Below are positions 39,596 to 49,963 of a stretch of 64,000 nucleotides of DNA, piece by piece. Each line of letters starts with the position of its first letter. Position 1 is the stretch's first letter. Where the stretch lies: IMG/VR virus record IMGVR_UViG_3300044856_000241, positions 139,625 through 203,624 of that record; one strand, 5' to 3'. A program made the position numbers and the translations under genes. This stretch comes from a virus. Its lineage: Duplodnaviria; Caudoviricetes. The notes under the pieces are model-generated. The model made no database searches. It saw only the letters and a program-made list of their open reading frames with translations, and was not told the origin of the DNA.

Positions 39596-40720
39596 ATGGG
39601 AAATATATTTTCAAAAACATTGTTTAAGCGGTTTGTAGATAATCACTATGGAAGAAAAAATATCTCTCATATTGGCTCTACTGCTACTGAAGCAATTTAT
39701 AATTTATATAAAAATACACATAAATGTTATGTGGTTATTTCAGACTCTTATGGTGGATATAACTTATCCACCGATTATTTAAAAAATAATTTAACAGCTA
39801 AATTACCAGACGTTGATTTTAAATCTATTTCTTGTGTAGCTGGAGCATGTTTTAATTCTGGAGACGCAACTTTTGATAAATTACTTGCAGCAATGGATTT
39901 AAACGGTGTAACAGATATCATTCTTGTAGGCGGCTTTAATGACCGCGAATCGTCACAGGAAAATATAATGCAAGGAATTAAAAGGGTTCGTGATTTGATC
40001 GATGAGAATATTCGAATTCACATTGGACATCATGCCTGGTCTTCTCTTCTTGAATCTAGTGTTCGTGACCTATTGATTGTAAATAGTATACCGGCTTATA
40101 GAAAATGTAGTACATATAATAATTGTTTTTATATGAAGAATTATGAATATGTGATGCATGATTATTCTTTGTTTCAGGAAGACAACGTACACCCGAACGA
40201 AAATGGAGCACAACAAATTTGTAGACAGATTGCAAGATATATCGAAACAGGTACTTGTGATGTACACTATCAATATAAGGTGCTGAGTTTTCAGTCTGGG
40301 TATAACACTGCCACTGCTTATGAAGTGGCATATGTATTAGATAACGACTTAGTTACAATTTATTTACCAACAATTCCTATCAATTTTACAAATCCTATTA
40401 CATGTGGTGTGAATAATGATGATACTCAACTATTACAGGTGGGATATCCGACCGGAGATAATAGAGGTTATATGATGGGAATGTATGATGGGCGACAAAA
40501 TGTACAGCATGTATTATGTTTGAACGGATATTTTAAAACAGATGCAAATGGCACCCCGCTATATGTTGGTATGGAAGGATGCAAATTTGTTTTACAGGGT
40601 GGATTTATACATATGTATAACAATACAATCGCTGCAGACGGTACAAATTTCCAAGTATTTAATGCTGTTGCTATGGAAATCCGTGGCGGAACATTTACTA
40701 TTCCAACATTAGCTTGTTAA
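39596..40720 (+). CDS. SGNH/GDSL hydrolase, paralogue of the preceding C-terminal domain
   Basis: ISDSYG, GGFNDR, DNVHPN. Confidence 0.8.
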   Translation: MGNIFSKTLFKRFVDNHYGRKNISHIGSTATEAIYNLYKNTHKCYVVISDSYGGYNLSTDYLKNNLTAKLPDVDFKSISCVAGACFNSGDATFDKLLAAMDLNGVTDIILVGGFNDRESSQENIMQGIKRVRDLIDENIRIHIGHHAWSSLLESSVRDLLIVNSIPAYRKCSTYNNCFYMKNYEYVMHDYSLFQEDNVHPNENGAQQICRQIARYIETGTCDVHYQYKVLSFQSGYNTATAYEVAYVLDNDLVTIYLPTIPINFTNPITCGVNNDDTQLLQVGYPTGDNRGYMMGMYDGRQNVQHVLCLNGYFKTDANGTPLYVGMEGCKFVLQGGFIHMYNNTIAADGTNFQVFNAVAMEIRGGTFTIPTLAC

Positions 40721-40758
40721 AAATGCATAGGGATATTGTAAAATATCTCTATGTTTAT

Positions 40759-40831
40759 GCCGATGTAGCTCAGTTGGTAGAGCAGCTGATTTGTAATCAG
40801 CAGGTTATCGGTTCGAGTCCGATCATCGGCT
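40759..40831 (+). tRNA. tRNA-Thr(TGT)
   Basis: canonical cloverleaf GCCGATG...CTGAT-TTGTAAT-CAG...GGTTCGAGTCC. Confidence 0.95.
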
Positions 40832-40912
40832 TTAATGAAATATTTGTTTCAACAGGCGTGTAGTCCACTGTGGCTACACGCTATTATTATGTGGATAAAA
40901 AGGAGAATGCTT

Positions 40913-41077
40913 ATGTTTGGTATCAATTTACTTAAAGATGACAATATAAATGTTAACTCTGTTGATTTTAAAGAAAAAATTGCGGATACTCTGAAAAATT
41001 ACGTAATTGATCATTGGGACACTGTTGTATCTTTTGAAGATGGCGATAATGAAATATTGGTAAAAGTTGATTTATAG
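40913..41077 (+). CDS. small hypothetical protein
   Basis: AAGGAG RBS. Confidence 0.5.
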   Translation: MFGINLLKDDNINVNSVDFKEKIADTLKNYVIDHWDTVVSFEDGDNEILVKVDL

Positions 41078-41078
41078 A

Positions 41079-41297
41079 TTATTTATCAACTTCAAATCGA
41101 TTCACAAAATCGCAATTCTTACAATGGATTTCAAAAAGATATCTGTTTTCAGAATCAGCTAATCTATTTGGATGATATATATTTGTATTGATTATTTCTA
41201 CGGAAAGTCTTGGAGAATATATATTTTGTGGAACTATATACTCCCATTCTAAAGTTTTATTACATTTCTTACAATTAATTTTACCAGTTAGTTTCAT
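41079..41297 (-). CDS. zinc-ribbon moron protein
   Basis: CKKC...CKNC; own promoter TTGATA-17-TATATT at 41323-41351. Confidence 0.65.
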   Translation of the reverse strand: MKLTGKINCKKCNKTLEWEYIVPQNIYSPRLSVEIINTNIYHPNRLADSENRYLFEIHCKNCDFVNRFEVDK

Positions 41298-41566
41298 AAA
41301 TTATTACCTCGCGTTTTTATTAAATATAGCATGTATGGAGGTGTTTATCAAGTTATGCCTGGAATGAAAGGAATTTATAGAATTAATCCTGCGTTGCTCG
41401 GCGGATTGTGTGGCGGATGTACTGCTGTTTTGATCCATTTGATATATGTATTAATTAAGTAAATTCGTTTAACTGTATACAAATATTATCCATATGGAGA
41501 ATACAAACATAACAACCATAGCGGTTAGGCGTTGATTTCTTGTCGGCGGGAAGTGGTTGATTTTTT

Positions 41567-41657
41567 GAGTAGAAGCAAACTCGGAGTAGCTACCAGTTTG
41601 TATGTGGTTATCTAACCTCACCACTCTTCTACTCTCTTTCTATTTAGTATGAGGTTA
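41567..41657 (+). ncRNA. three-way-junction RNA B, same architecture as RNA A
   Basis: GAGTAGAAG/CTTCTACTC, CAAACT/AGTTTG, GTGG/CCAC; TAACCTCA complements TGAGGTTA. Confidence 0.55.
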
Positions 41658-41747
41658 TGGAAATTATATAGAATATTTAGAAAGCACTCTTACTGCTCTT
41701 GCAGAGAGTGCTTAATTTATTGGAGAAAAAGGAAGAAGGTGATTACG

Positions 41748-42800
41748 ATGGCTACATTAAAACAAGCCAAGACGGATGAAGAAGTTCAGAAATTAACTGT
41801 GACAAATGTAAAAAAAGCTTATCATGATTTAGCCATTGATTATAATCATTTGCTTAATCTTAATTATGTATATTGTCCACATTGCGGGAAATGGAAAACG
41901 GCAAAAGCATTTTATTCATCCAACACTACTAAAAGCGGGATTGAACATTTTGCCTGTAAAGAATGTATTCTTGATATGTGTACAGATAAATTAAAAGATG
42001 GAAGTCGCGCAGACAATCGTGAAAAAACTATTGATACTTTTCGGCGTTTAGATTGGGTGTTCCCAGAATCTGTATACAATGATCAGTTAGATTTGTTAGC
42101 TGAAGGAACTGGTGAAAAAGTTCGCGGTACTGCTGCCCAACAGCTTATTGTTATGATTAAATCCCTCCCAAATTGGAAAGGACAAAAATTTAAAGACTCT
42201 GTATTTTGTGATGAAGGAGATAGCATATCACAAGAAGATACAAAAATCGTACAAAAAACTTTGAAAGCTGCTCGTAAACGATTCGGTAATGATTATACTC
42301 AGGAAGAACTTATGTTTCTTGAAAATGAATACCAAGATTGGATATCTAGGTATGATTGTTCGCAAAAAGCACAAGAAGAAACATTTCAAAATTTATCAAT
42401 TTTAAAATTAATGAAGAGAAATGCAATTAAAAAAGGACAGTCAACGAAAGATTTGGATTATTCATATCAACAATGGTTAGATACAGGTAATTTAAAACCA
42501 AAACAAAATACAATGGATACGTTTTCTGATGCTCAAACAATGGGCACACTTATTCAAAAATATGAAGAAACAAGACCTCTACCGGATATAGACCCAGAAC
42601 TTTCAGATGTTGACAAAATAGGATTATATATAGATGCATTTTATCGTGGACATGCATCAAAAATGCTTGGATTGAAAAATAGATTCTCTCATATTTATGA
42701 GAAAGTTATGTCTAAGTATACCGTAAAACAACCATCTTATGATGAAGAATCTGATAGTGAAATTCTTTTTGATAAGATTTTTGGTAGTAAAGAGGAATAA
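41748..42800 (+). CDS. zinc-finger protein upstream of TerL (putative terminase small subunit, YonG-like position)
   Basis: CPHC...CKEC; synteny. Confidence 0.6.
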   Translation: MATLKQAKTDEEVQKLTVTNVKKAYHDLAIDYNHLLNLNYVYCPHCGKWKTAKAFYSSNTTKSGIEHFACKECILDMCTDKLKDGSRADNREKTIDTFRRLDWVFPESVYNDQLDLLAEGTGEKVRGTAAQQLIVMIKSLPNWKGQKFKDSVFCDEGDSISQEDTKIVQKTLKAARKRFGNDYTQEELMFLENEYQDWISRYDCSQKAQEETFQNLSILKLMKRNAIKKGQSTKDLDYSYQQWLDTGNLKPKQNTMDTFSDAQTMGTLIQKYEETRPLPDIDPELSDVDKIGLYIDAFYRGHASKMLGLKNRFSHIYEKVMSKYTVKQPSYDEESDSEILFDKIFGSKEE

Positions 42801-42802
42801 CT

Positions 42803-44587
42803 ATGGCTACTAAACAATCTAAATCATTAAAAAAATCTCTTCAAGAAGTATATCAGGAAAAATCTGAACGAGTTATGGAAGGCGTTGCATATTGGGCATC
42901 TTTTTATAGAAAAAATCCACAGAGATTCGTAAAAGAATATTTAAATATAAATCTTAAATTATTTCAAAAAATATTGATTTATATGATGATGGTAAGTACA
43001 AATTTTATGTACATTGCAAGCCGCGGCTCTGGTAAGACATGGTTAACTTCTCTCTATTGTGTAGTTCGATGTATTTTATATCCTGGTACGAAAATATGTG
43101 TAGCATCAGGTTTTAAAACACAAAGTTTGGAAGTAATACAAAAAATCAATGATGATTTTATGAAAAATTATGGATGGGGGTCTGCCAATTTACGAGCAGA
43201 AATAGATGATATTTCTACGTCTATAAATAATGCTCATGTAGATTTTAGAAATGGAAGTTGGATAAAGATAGTTAGCTCTAACGACAGTGCTCGCCATAAC
43301 CGTGCCACACTAATAGTCGTGGATGAATTTCGGATGGTTGATTTAAATACAATCAACACAGTATTAAGAAAATTCTTAACAGCTCCACGTTCACCTGGGT
43401 ATTTAAATAATCCAGAATATGCGCACCTTACAGAAAGAAATATTGAAATGTATATGTCTTCGGCATGGTTTAAATCACATTGGAGTTTTGCAAAATTGCA
43501 AGCTTATTATGCAAATATGCTTGATGATACAAAACGCTATTTTTGCGTAGGACTGCCTTATCAATGCGCGATACGAGAAGGTTTGTTATCTCGTGAGCAG
43601 GTTGAGGATGAAATGAGTGAGGCGGATTTTGATCCGACCGCATTTAAAATGGAAATGGGCGCAGAATGGTTTGGAGATACTGATGGAGCATTTTTTAGAT
43701 ACGATGATATCTCACCACGTAGAAAAATCAAAAATTGTTTCTTTCCATTATCTGTTTATAAAAATCATGGAATAAAGATACCGGAACTAGCACCTAATGA
43801 AAGACGTATATTGTCTGTCGATGTCGCATTGCTTGCAAGTAGACGACACGATAATGATGCAGCTGCTATTTTAATTAATTCGGCAATTCCAACAGACAGA
43901 AATGAATATATGAGTAATTATGTTTATTTAGAAACCCACGAAGGATTGACAACTGATGAACTTGGGATTTTAGTTATGAGATTATTTTATGAATTTAACT
44001 GTACTGACCTTGTATTAGATACCAACGGTCAAGGTATTGGTGTTTATGATTTTATTATTAAACCACAATATGATTCAGAATACAACGTTACTCGTGAACC
44101 AATGACATGTATCAATGATGATAATATGGCTAGTCGTTGTAAAATAAAAAATGCGAATAAAGTTATATGGTCTATAAAAGCTACAGCTGATTTTAATACT
44201 AAAGCGGCGTTAGCTTTACGTGCAGGTTTTCAAAATGGATCAATTAATCTACTTGAATCTGAGTTTGAAGCTGAAGAAGATGTAAAAAAGATACGTGGCT
44301 ACACGAAATTTTCTCAAGATGAGAAAATGTTATTAAAAGTACCTTACTTACAAACTACATTAATGGTCAATGAATTAATAAATCTTGAACATGAAGTGAA
44401 AGGAACCAATATCAAAATCACTGAGAAATCAGGAATGCGAAAAGATAGATATTCTGCATTAATGATGAACAATAAAATTTGCCAGGATTTATCTTTAAAA
44501 TTGAAACCTAAAAATCAATCTTCCCAAGAAGACATCAAAAAATACTTCCGTGCAAGAGCACCGAAGAAATCTACTAGATACTCATAG
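42803..44587 (+). CDS. terminase large subunit
   Basis: ASRGSGKT Walker A, VVDEF Walker B, SVDVA and KDRYSA nuclease motifs. Confidence 0.92.
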   Translation: MATKQSKSLKKSLQEVYQEKSERVMEGVAYWASFYRKNPQRFVKEYLNINLKLFQKILIYMMMVSTNFMYIASRGSGKTWLTSLYCVVRCILYPGTKICVASGFKTQSLEVIQKINDDFMKNYGWGSANLRAEIDDISTSINNAHVDFRNGSWIKIVSSNDSARHNRATLIVVDEFRMVDLNTINTVLRKFLTAPRSPGYLNNPEYAHLTERNIEMYMSSAWFKSHWSFAKLQAYYANMLDDTKRYFCVGLPYQCAIREGLLSREQVEDEMSEADFDPTAFKMEMGAEWFGDTDGAFFRYDDISPRRKIKNCFFPLSVYKNHGIKIPELAPNERRILSVDVALLASRRHDNDAAAILINSAIPTDRNEYMSNYVYLETHEGLTTDELGILVMRLFYEFNCTDLVLDTNGQGIGVYDFIIKPQYDSEYNVTREPMTCINDDNMASRCKIKNANKVIWSIKATADFNTKAALALRAGFQNGSINLLESEFEAEEDVKKIRGYTKFSQDEKMLLKVPYLQTTLMVNELINLEHEVKGTNIKITEKSGMRKDRYSALMMNNKICQDLSLKLKPKNQSSQEDIKKYFRARAPKKSTRYS

Positions 44588-44602
44588 AAAGGAGAAACGA
44601 TT

Positions 44603-46288
44603 TTGGATGAACAAAAAATAGAAAACTCCTCTTCTACTGTTTCTCCACCACCTAAGAGGAAACGTGGAAGACCGCCAAAAAATAAAACGACACAGCCATC
44701 TACTTCAGTTACGGAGAAAAAATCTTATGAAGTAGAAAGTCGTCCGACTGAATTATTGGTAAAAGAAAAACCAAAAGAAAATATTAAATATTCTTCACGT
44801 ACTAGGATGTTAGATTTCGAATCTGTAAAAAATCTTTTCTTACAAAATGTATCGAAAACAACTTCTCGTTCATTTACTCAGTATACAAAATCATTAGTAA
44901 AACAATATCTACAAAATCCACAAACAAATAAAGATAGATTAAGAGGTTTATCACAATATTTATTTAGAGCAAGCACATTATACAGAAAGATTATTCTCTA
45001 CTATGCATGTATGCCATTATACAACTACTATGTTACAGAAAAAATAGATTTAACAAAGACATATAACGCAAATAAATCTGCAAAGAATTATGCAAATATA
45101 ATTCAAAAGCTGCAACAGATTAATTTTAAGCATGAATTTTCTCAAATGATTGCACTTGCTATTTTAAATGGTGCGTATTTTGGATTTGTATATGACACAG
45201 GAGATGGAGTATTTTTCCATACTCTTGATCCTCAATATTGCAAGATCAAAGGAAAAGATATAGTTGGAAACTGGATTATTTCATTTGACATGACTTATTT
45301 TTCACAAGGTTCTAATTCTGAATTTGTTGAAGGTATTGATGGAGATACATCCGGATGTTGGGATGATGTGTTTGTGCAAGCATGGAATGAATACCAGGCA
45401 GATAAACAGAATAAACGTTATGCCATTCTGCCTACAGAGAAAACTATATGTTTATTAGCAAGTTTAGATGATGAATTTGATTTGTGTCTTCCATTCTTCA
45501 TGGGAATCTTCTTATTATTAATGGACTGCGAAGATTATGCAGATATCATGGCGGATAAAACTGCTTTGGAAAATTATAAATTACTTGTAAGTAAAATTCC
45601 TCTTATAGATGAAAACAACGTAGATGATTTTAAATTGTCTCTTGAAGTGACAGAATTTTTCCAGAATATGATTGAAGATATTTTACCAGCGAATGTTGGT
45701 GCGGTTCGATCTCCTATGGATTTAGAAGTCGTTGATTTTGAAAAATCAAATACTACTTCTGATACAGACATGCTTACTAAATCAATCGAAAATGTTTTTA
45801 ATAACTGTGGTGCGTCACAGCTTGTTGTTGCAGGAGGATCAAGTACAAACTCAATTGGATTAAAACAGGCAATTGCAAATGATTCTTCTCTTACATTTAT
45901 TTGGATTGCACGTTTGGAACATAATTTTAATTACTGGTTATCTCAGAATGGATATGATGGATATACTTTTAAAATTCATGAACAGACTTGGTATAACAGA
46001 GAAGATTATATTAATCAGTTTAAAGATTCTTCTACATTAGGTAATAATCCAATGTTATATCTTACTGCTCTTGGACAGACACCATATGAAGTTGAATGTG
46101 GTTTAAGAATGAGTATGCAAAGTGGCATTAGAGATTTATTAGTGCCATTGAAAACAACATATACAGATTCTGCTAATAATGGGTCTGATACCGGTGGTGC
46201 CCCACTGAAGGATGATGGGGAATTATCTCCAGAAGGTGAGGTTACAAGAGAAACTGGTAAAAATGAAGGAACCAAGGCGAATGGTTAA
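44603..46288 (+). CDS. portal protein
   Basis: position after TerL, size 561 aa. Confidence 0.8.
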   Translation: MDEQKIENSSSTVSPPPKRKRGRPPKNKTTQPSTSVTEKKSYEVESRPTELLVKEKPKENIKYSSRTRMLDFESVKNLFLQNVSKTTSRSFTQYTKSLVKQYLQNPQTNKDRLRGLSQYLFRASTLYRKIILYYACMPLYNYYVTEKIDLTKTYNANKSAKNYANIIQKLQQINFKHEFSQMIALAILNGAYFGFVYDTGDGVFFHTLDPQYCKIKGKDIVGNWIISFDMTYFSQGSNSEFVEGIDGDTSGCWDDVFVQAWNEYQADKQNKRYAILPTEKTICLLASLDDEFDLCLPFFMGIFLLLMDCEDYADIMADKTALENYKLLVSKIPLIDENNVDDFKLSLEVTEFFQNMIEDILPANVGAVRSPMDLEVVDFEKSNTTSDTDMLTKSIENVFNNCGASQLVVAGGSSTNSIGLKQAIANDSSLTFIWIARLEHNFNYWLSQNGYDGYTFKIHEQTWYNREDYINQFKDSSTLGNNPMLYLTALGQTPYEVECGLRMSMQSGIRDLLVPLKTTYTDSANNGSDTGGAPLKDDGELSPEGEVTRETGKNEGTKANG

Positions 46289-46299
46289 GGAGAAAAAGG

Positions 46300-46473
46300 A
46301 TGACATACAATTTTATTCGTACTACTGATGAGGACACAAAAAATACATTGGTACGAGAAGGTTTTAAATTAATATCTCAGGATGGTCGAACATTTACTTT
46401 CTTAAATGACAAACCACTCTCCTTTGAAGATAAAAATAAAAAAATTCAATATAGTAACATTTTAACTTTTTAG
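46300..46473 (+). CDS. 57-aa hypothetical protein (not in ORF track)
   Basis: MTYNFIRTTDEDTKNTLVREGFKLISQ; AAGGAG RBS. Confidence 0.6.
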   Translation: MTYNFIRTTDEDTKNTLVREGFKLISQDGRTFTFLNDKPLSFEDKNKKIQYSNILTF

Positions 46474-46539
46474 TCGTCTTCTTTTCAGACGGCTTTTGTT
46501 ATGCCAAAAATTTACGAAAGGAGGGAAAGACTAAAATAT

Positions 46540-48255
46540 ATGAATAAAAAATACTTTACAATTGAAGATCTAATTCAGTTCTGTGAAAACAAAAAAATGT
46601 ATAATTTTTCTTCTACAGAGTCTGAGTCTGGAAAACCGATAGTTGTTCAGTCAATTCAGGACTTCTCTTCTGCTGATATCGAAGAAACCGAAGATAACAA
46701 GCTTTTTGCAAAAGTACGTGTTTGTCATACATTACTTAATCGAAATGGCAGTTATACATCAGAAGAATCTATGAAAGAAGCTATGCCGAGTTTAAAATAT
46801 GCACCACTACTTGCAAATATTCATCAGTTAGATGATGGATCATGGGATTTTCATTCTCATGATTATCATATGGAAGAAGATGAAAATGGTAATGAATATG
46901 TAGTATATGACGAAAAACAGGTCGGTACATTCACAGCAGACGATCCATATTTAGAATACGACGAAGATATGGATAAAACTTATGTAGTAGCTCGTGTTGC
47001 TATCCCAGAAAATTATACAAAATGTGCTGATATTCTTCGTGAGAAAAAAGGCACAAAGGTAAGTTGTGAGCTTATCGTATATGAGTGCTCATATAACGCA
47101 AAGGAGAAATACTTACAATTAGATAAATTTGAATTTGCAGGTTGCACTTGTCTTGGGTGCGAAAAAGATGGAACGCCCATAGGTGAAGGAATGTTGGGAA
47201 GCAAACTTACTCTTGAAGATTTTAGCGAAGAGAATAACAGTTTGATTAAGTTTAATCAAAAAATGATTGAATTACAGGAAAGATTGGATAAACTCGAATC
47301 TTCTTGTTTCAATAATACAGACGACTCTAAGAAAGGAGGAGATGCAGGAAATATGAACAAATTTGAAGAATTACTTAAAAAATATAATAAAACTACCGAA
47401 GATGTAACATTTGAATACGCTGAGTTATCAGATGAAGAATTAGAGGTAAAATTCGAAGAAGAATTCGGAGATGAAGTAACTACGTCTGATGATTCAGAAG
47501 ATAATTCAGAAGATGAAAATGGTGATGATGATGTCACCGTTGTTGAAGATGAAAATGGTGATGATGGCGGAGAAGATTCTGAAGATCCGGATGACGGAGA
47601 AGGTGAATCTCAAGCTTTTGAAAATATGACACGTACTTTTGAAATCTCACATGATGACATCCGTTATGCACTTTATAATCTTCTCGGAGAATTTGAAGAA
47701 ATTGACAATGAATGGTATTACATTACTTCTGTATTCGATACATATTTTGTGTATGAAAGCTGGGATAGTGGAAAAATCTATGGTCAGAAATACTCAAAGG
47801 ATAATGATAATGTAGCATTTGACGGTGAGCGTTATTCTTTACATAAAGAATATTTAACAGATTCTGAACTTGCAGAGATTAATTCTATGAGATCTGAATA
47901 TTCCGCATTAAAAGAATTTAAAGAGAATATTGAAAAAAATGAATTACATTCTAAGAGAGAAGAAATTATCAATTCTGAAAAATATTCTGTTCTAGCAGAA
48001 AAAGATGAAGAAGGTAATTTTGTAAATAACGATTTTGCAAAATTAGTTTCTGAAATGGACAACTACTCTCTTGCTGATTTAGAAACAAAAGTTAAAGTAA
48101 TGCATTCTGATTATGTTATTTCTCATACTGCTGCTTTTGCTGTAAAAGAAGAAAAACAGAAAAAGAAAGTATTATTTATGGCAAATTCAAATTCAGAAAA
48201 AGAATCTAAAAAGAAAGCACCTTATGGTGGTATCTTCGAAAAATATAACAAATAA
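46540..48255 (+). CDS. prohead protease/scaffold fusion (YonD-like)
   Basis: CHTLLNRNGS, VSCEL; acidic linker; helical C-terminus. Confidence 0.75.
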   Translation: MNKKYFTIEDLIQFCENKKMYNFSSTESESGKPIVVQSIQDFSSADIEETEDNKLFAKVRVCHTLLNRNGSYTSEESMKEAMPSLKYAPLLANIHQLDDGSWDFHSHDYHMEEDENGNEYVVYDEKQVGTFTADDPYLEYDEDMDKTYVVARVAIPENYTKCADILREKKGTKVSCELIVYECSYNAKEKYLQLDKFEFAGCTCLGCEKDGTPIGEGMLGSKLTLEDFSEENNSLIKFNQKMIELQERLDKLESSCFNNTDDSKKGGDAGNMNKFEELLKKYNKTTEDVTFEYAELSDEELEVKFEEEFGDEVTTSDDSEDNSEDENGDDDVTVVEDENGDDGGEDSEDPDDGEGESQAFENMTRTFEISHDDIRYALYNLLGEFEEIDNEWYYITSVFDTYFVYESWDSGKIYGQKYSKDNDNVAFDGERYSLHKEYLTDSELAEINSMRSEYSALKEFKENIEKNELHSKREEIINSEKYSVLAEKDEEGNFVNNDFAKLVSEMDNYSLADLETKVKVMHSDYVISHTAAFAVKEEKQKKKVLFMANSNSEKESKKKAPYGGIFEKYNK

Positions 48256-48320
48256 CATAATTCGTTAAAGTGATCAGCTTAGGCTGGTCTTTTTTATTGC
48301 AAAAATAAGGAGGACAAATA

Positions 48321-48833
48321 ATGATTAATGCATTTTTAAAAGACATTGATAAACACATCGTTGCTGAGTCTACAAATCTCACCGCAACAAATTACGGAAG
48401 ACATATCTTTAGTGTTAAAGCTTCCGAAGATATTGATAACGGTAAGTTAGTTGATATCGACAAAATGAAATATGAGAAAAATGAGTACTACACAATGGTT
48501 GAACCAACAGCTACATCTCGTGTAGGTCTTATTTTATCTGTAGCAATTGGTGCAGATGAGTCTCCAAAGAAAGCTACATATGAGTACAACTTCTATAACG
48601 GAAAAGATGAAATCATGAGAGTATATGAACTCGCAGCTGGAGACAGATTCTCTATCTCTGCTAATGGTTTTACTGGTACACCGGCTGTTGGAAAACTTGT
48701 AGAGGCTGATGGATACGACATCAAAGTTATTGACGGAGATACATCTACTGCTACTTTCTATGGTGAGATCATCGAAGAGGTTAAACGTACTGGCGGTAAC
48801 TTCTTCAAAATTATGGTTCGTAAAAACGGTTAA
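48321..48833 (+). CDS. putative head decoration protein
   Basis: located between scaffold and capsid genes. Confidence 0.55.
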   Translation: MINAFLKDIDKHIVAESTNLTATNYGRHIFSVKASEDIDNGKLVDIDKMKYEKNEYYTMVEPTATSRVGLILSVAIGADESPKKATYEYNFYNGKDEIMRVYELAAGDRFSISANGFTGTPAVGKLVEADGYDIKVIDGDTSTATFYGEIIEEVKRTGGNFFKIMVRKNG

Positions 48834-48856
48834 TTTTGATAAGGAGGATATTTAAC

Positions 48857-49963
48857 ATGAAAAACAATTTCTTAAATTTCAGTGCAAATGTTAAAACTGC
48901 ATTTGAAAATGATGAGACAAAATATATGGGCTTTTCTCAGCTCTTAAAAGATTATGCAAAAGGAGAGCTTGAGTCTGGTGTTTCTAAAGCTGATGCAGAC
49001 AAAGAAATCAGAGATACATTTAAACTGATTATGGGGCTTGATGAAAAAGCTTCTGCAAAAGAAATCCGCAAAGCTATCAGACGTAACAAAAATGAAATTT
49101 TTGAAGTAATTGAGGAAACTGTTGAAGATTTATTAACATCAGGATGGCAGGAAAATGAATTCTTTAACGATTTTGTTGAAGTTAAAAACCTTGCTATGGA
49201 TGATGCTAATGAGTTTGAGTCCGAGGACAAAACAGTATTAACTGTTGGTAAAATCTCCGGAAACCATTGGGATCTTGACAGACAGAGACTTGGTATTGGT
49301 GAAACATTCCGTGTACCTACTTTCTGGGTTGGTCTTGGTGTATACGAAGAGTTTGAAAAAGTTATGACTGGTCGTGCAGACTGGACAAAGCTGGTAAATA
49401 AAATTTATGAAGCAATGGATGACTATGTAAACGAGCTTGTTTACAAAGCAGTTATCTCTGCCGGATCTCAGGTTCTTCCTGGTTCTGAGCAGTTCTATAA
49501 AACAGCAGCTCTGGACAAAGCAGCTAAATCTACTTTTGTTACAATGGTTGAGGATGTACAGGCAGCTAACCGTGGTGCAGAAGTTGTTATTATGGGAACA
49601 AAAGCAGCTCTGTCTAAATTATATGATTTATCTGATGTTTCTTGGATTGCTGAGGAAGACAAGAGAGATCGTAGAAATCTTGGTCGTCTTGGTATCTGGG
49701 AAGGAACTCGTCTTATTGAGATTCCACAGGTGTTTGCAAAGAACGATACAACAAAAAAAATGGTTAACTCAAATGTTCTGTTAATCATGCCAGTTGCAGA
49801 TAATAAATTTGTAAAACTTGTATATGAAGGCGATTCTCAGATTAAAGAGGTTACAGACTCTACTGAAAAGAACGATATGACATATGAATTCAAGTATCTG
49901 ACAAAACTTGGTGTTGCTACAATTATTGGTAGATATTTTGGTACATGGAACATCGTAGCCTAA
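48857..49963 (+). CDS. major capsid protein
   Basis: position, size, highly expressed codon style, terminator at 49998-50024. Confidence 0.85.
   Translation: MKNNFLNFSANVKTAFENDETKYMGFSQLLKDYAKGELESGVSKADADKEIRDTFKLIMGLDEKASAKEIRKAIRRNKNEIFEVIEETVEDLLTSGWQENEFFNDFVEVKNLAMDDANEFESEDKTVLTVGKISGNHWDLDRQRLGIGETFRVPTFWVGLGVYEEFEKVMTGRADWTKLVNKIYEAMDDYVNELVYKAVISAGSQVLPGSEQFYKTAALDKAAKSTFVTMVEDVQAANRGAEVVIMGTKAALSKLYDLSDVSWIAEEDKRDRRNLGRLGIWEGTRLIEIPQVFAKNDTTKKMVNSNVLLIMPVADNKFVKLVYEGDSQIKEVTDSTEKNDMTYEFKYLTKLGVATIIGRYFGTWNIVA

Noticed and set aside
35076-40720. Diversity-generating retroelement suggested by the Mtd-type N-domains
   Set aside because: No reverse transcriptase, and no repeat pair differing only at adenines was seen in the window
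41649-41747. N-terminal extension of the terminase-adjacent ORF
   Set aside because: Crosses RNA hairpins; a good RBS precedes ATG 41748
47508-47566. GAAGATGAAAATGGTGATGATG duplication
   Set aside because: Ordinary low-complexity acidic linker in the scaffold protein
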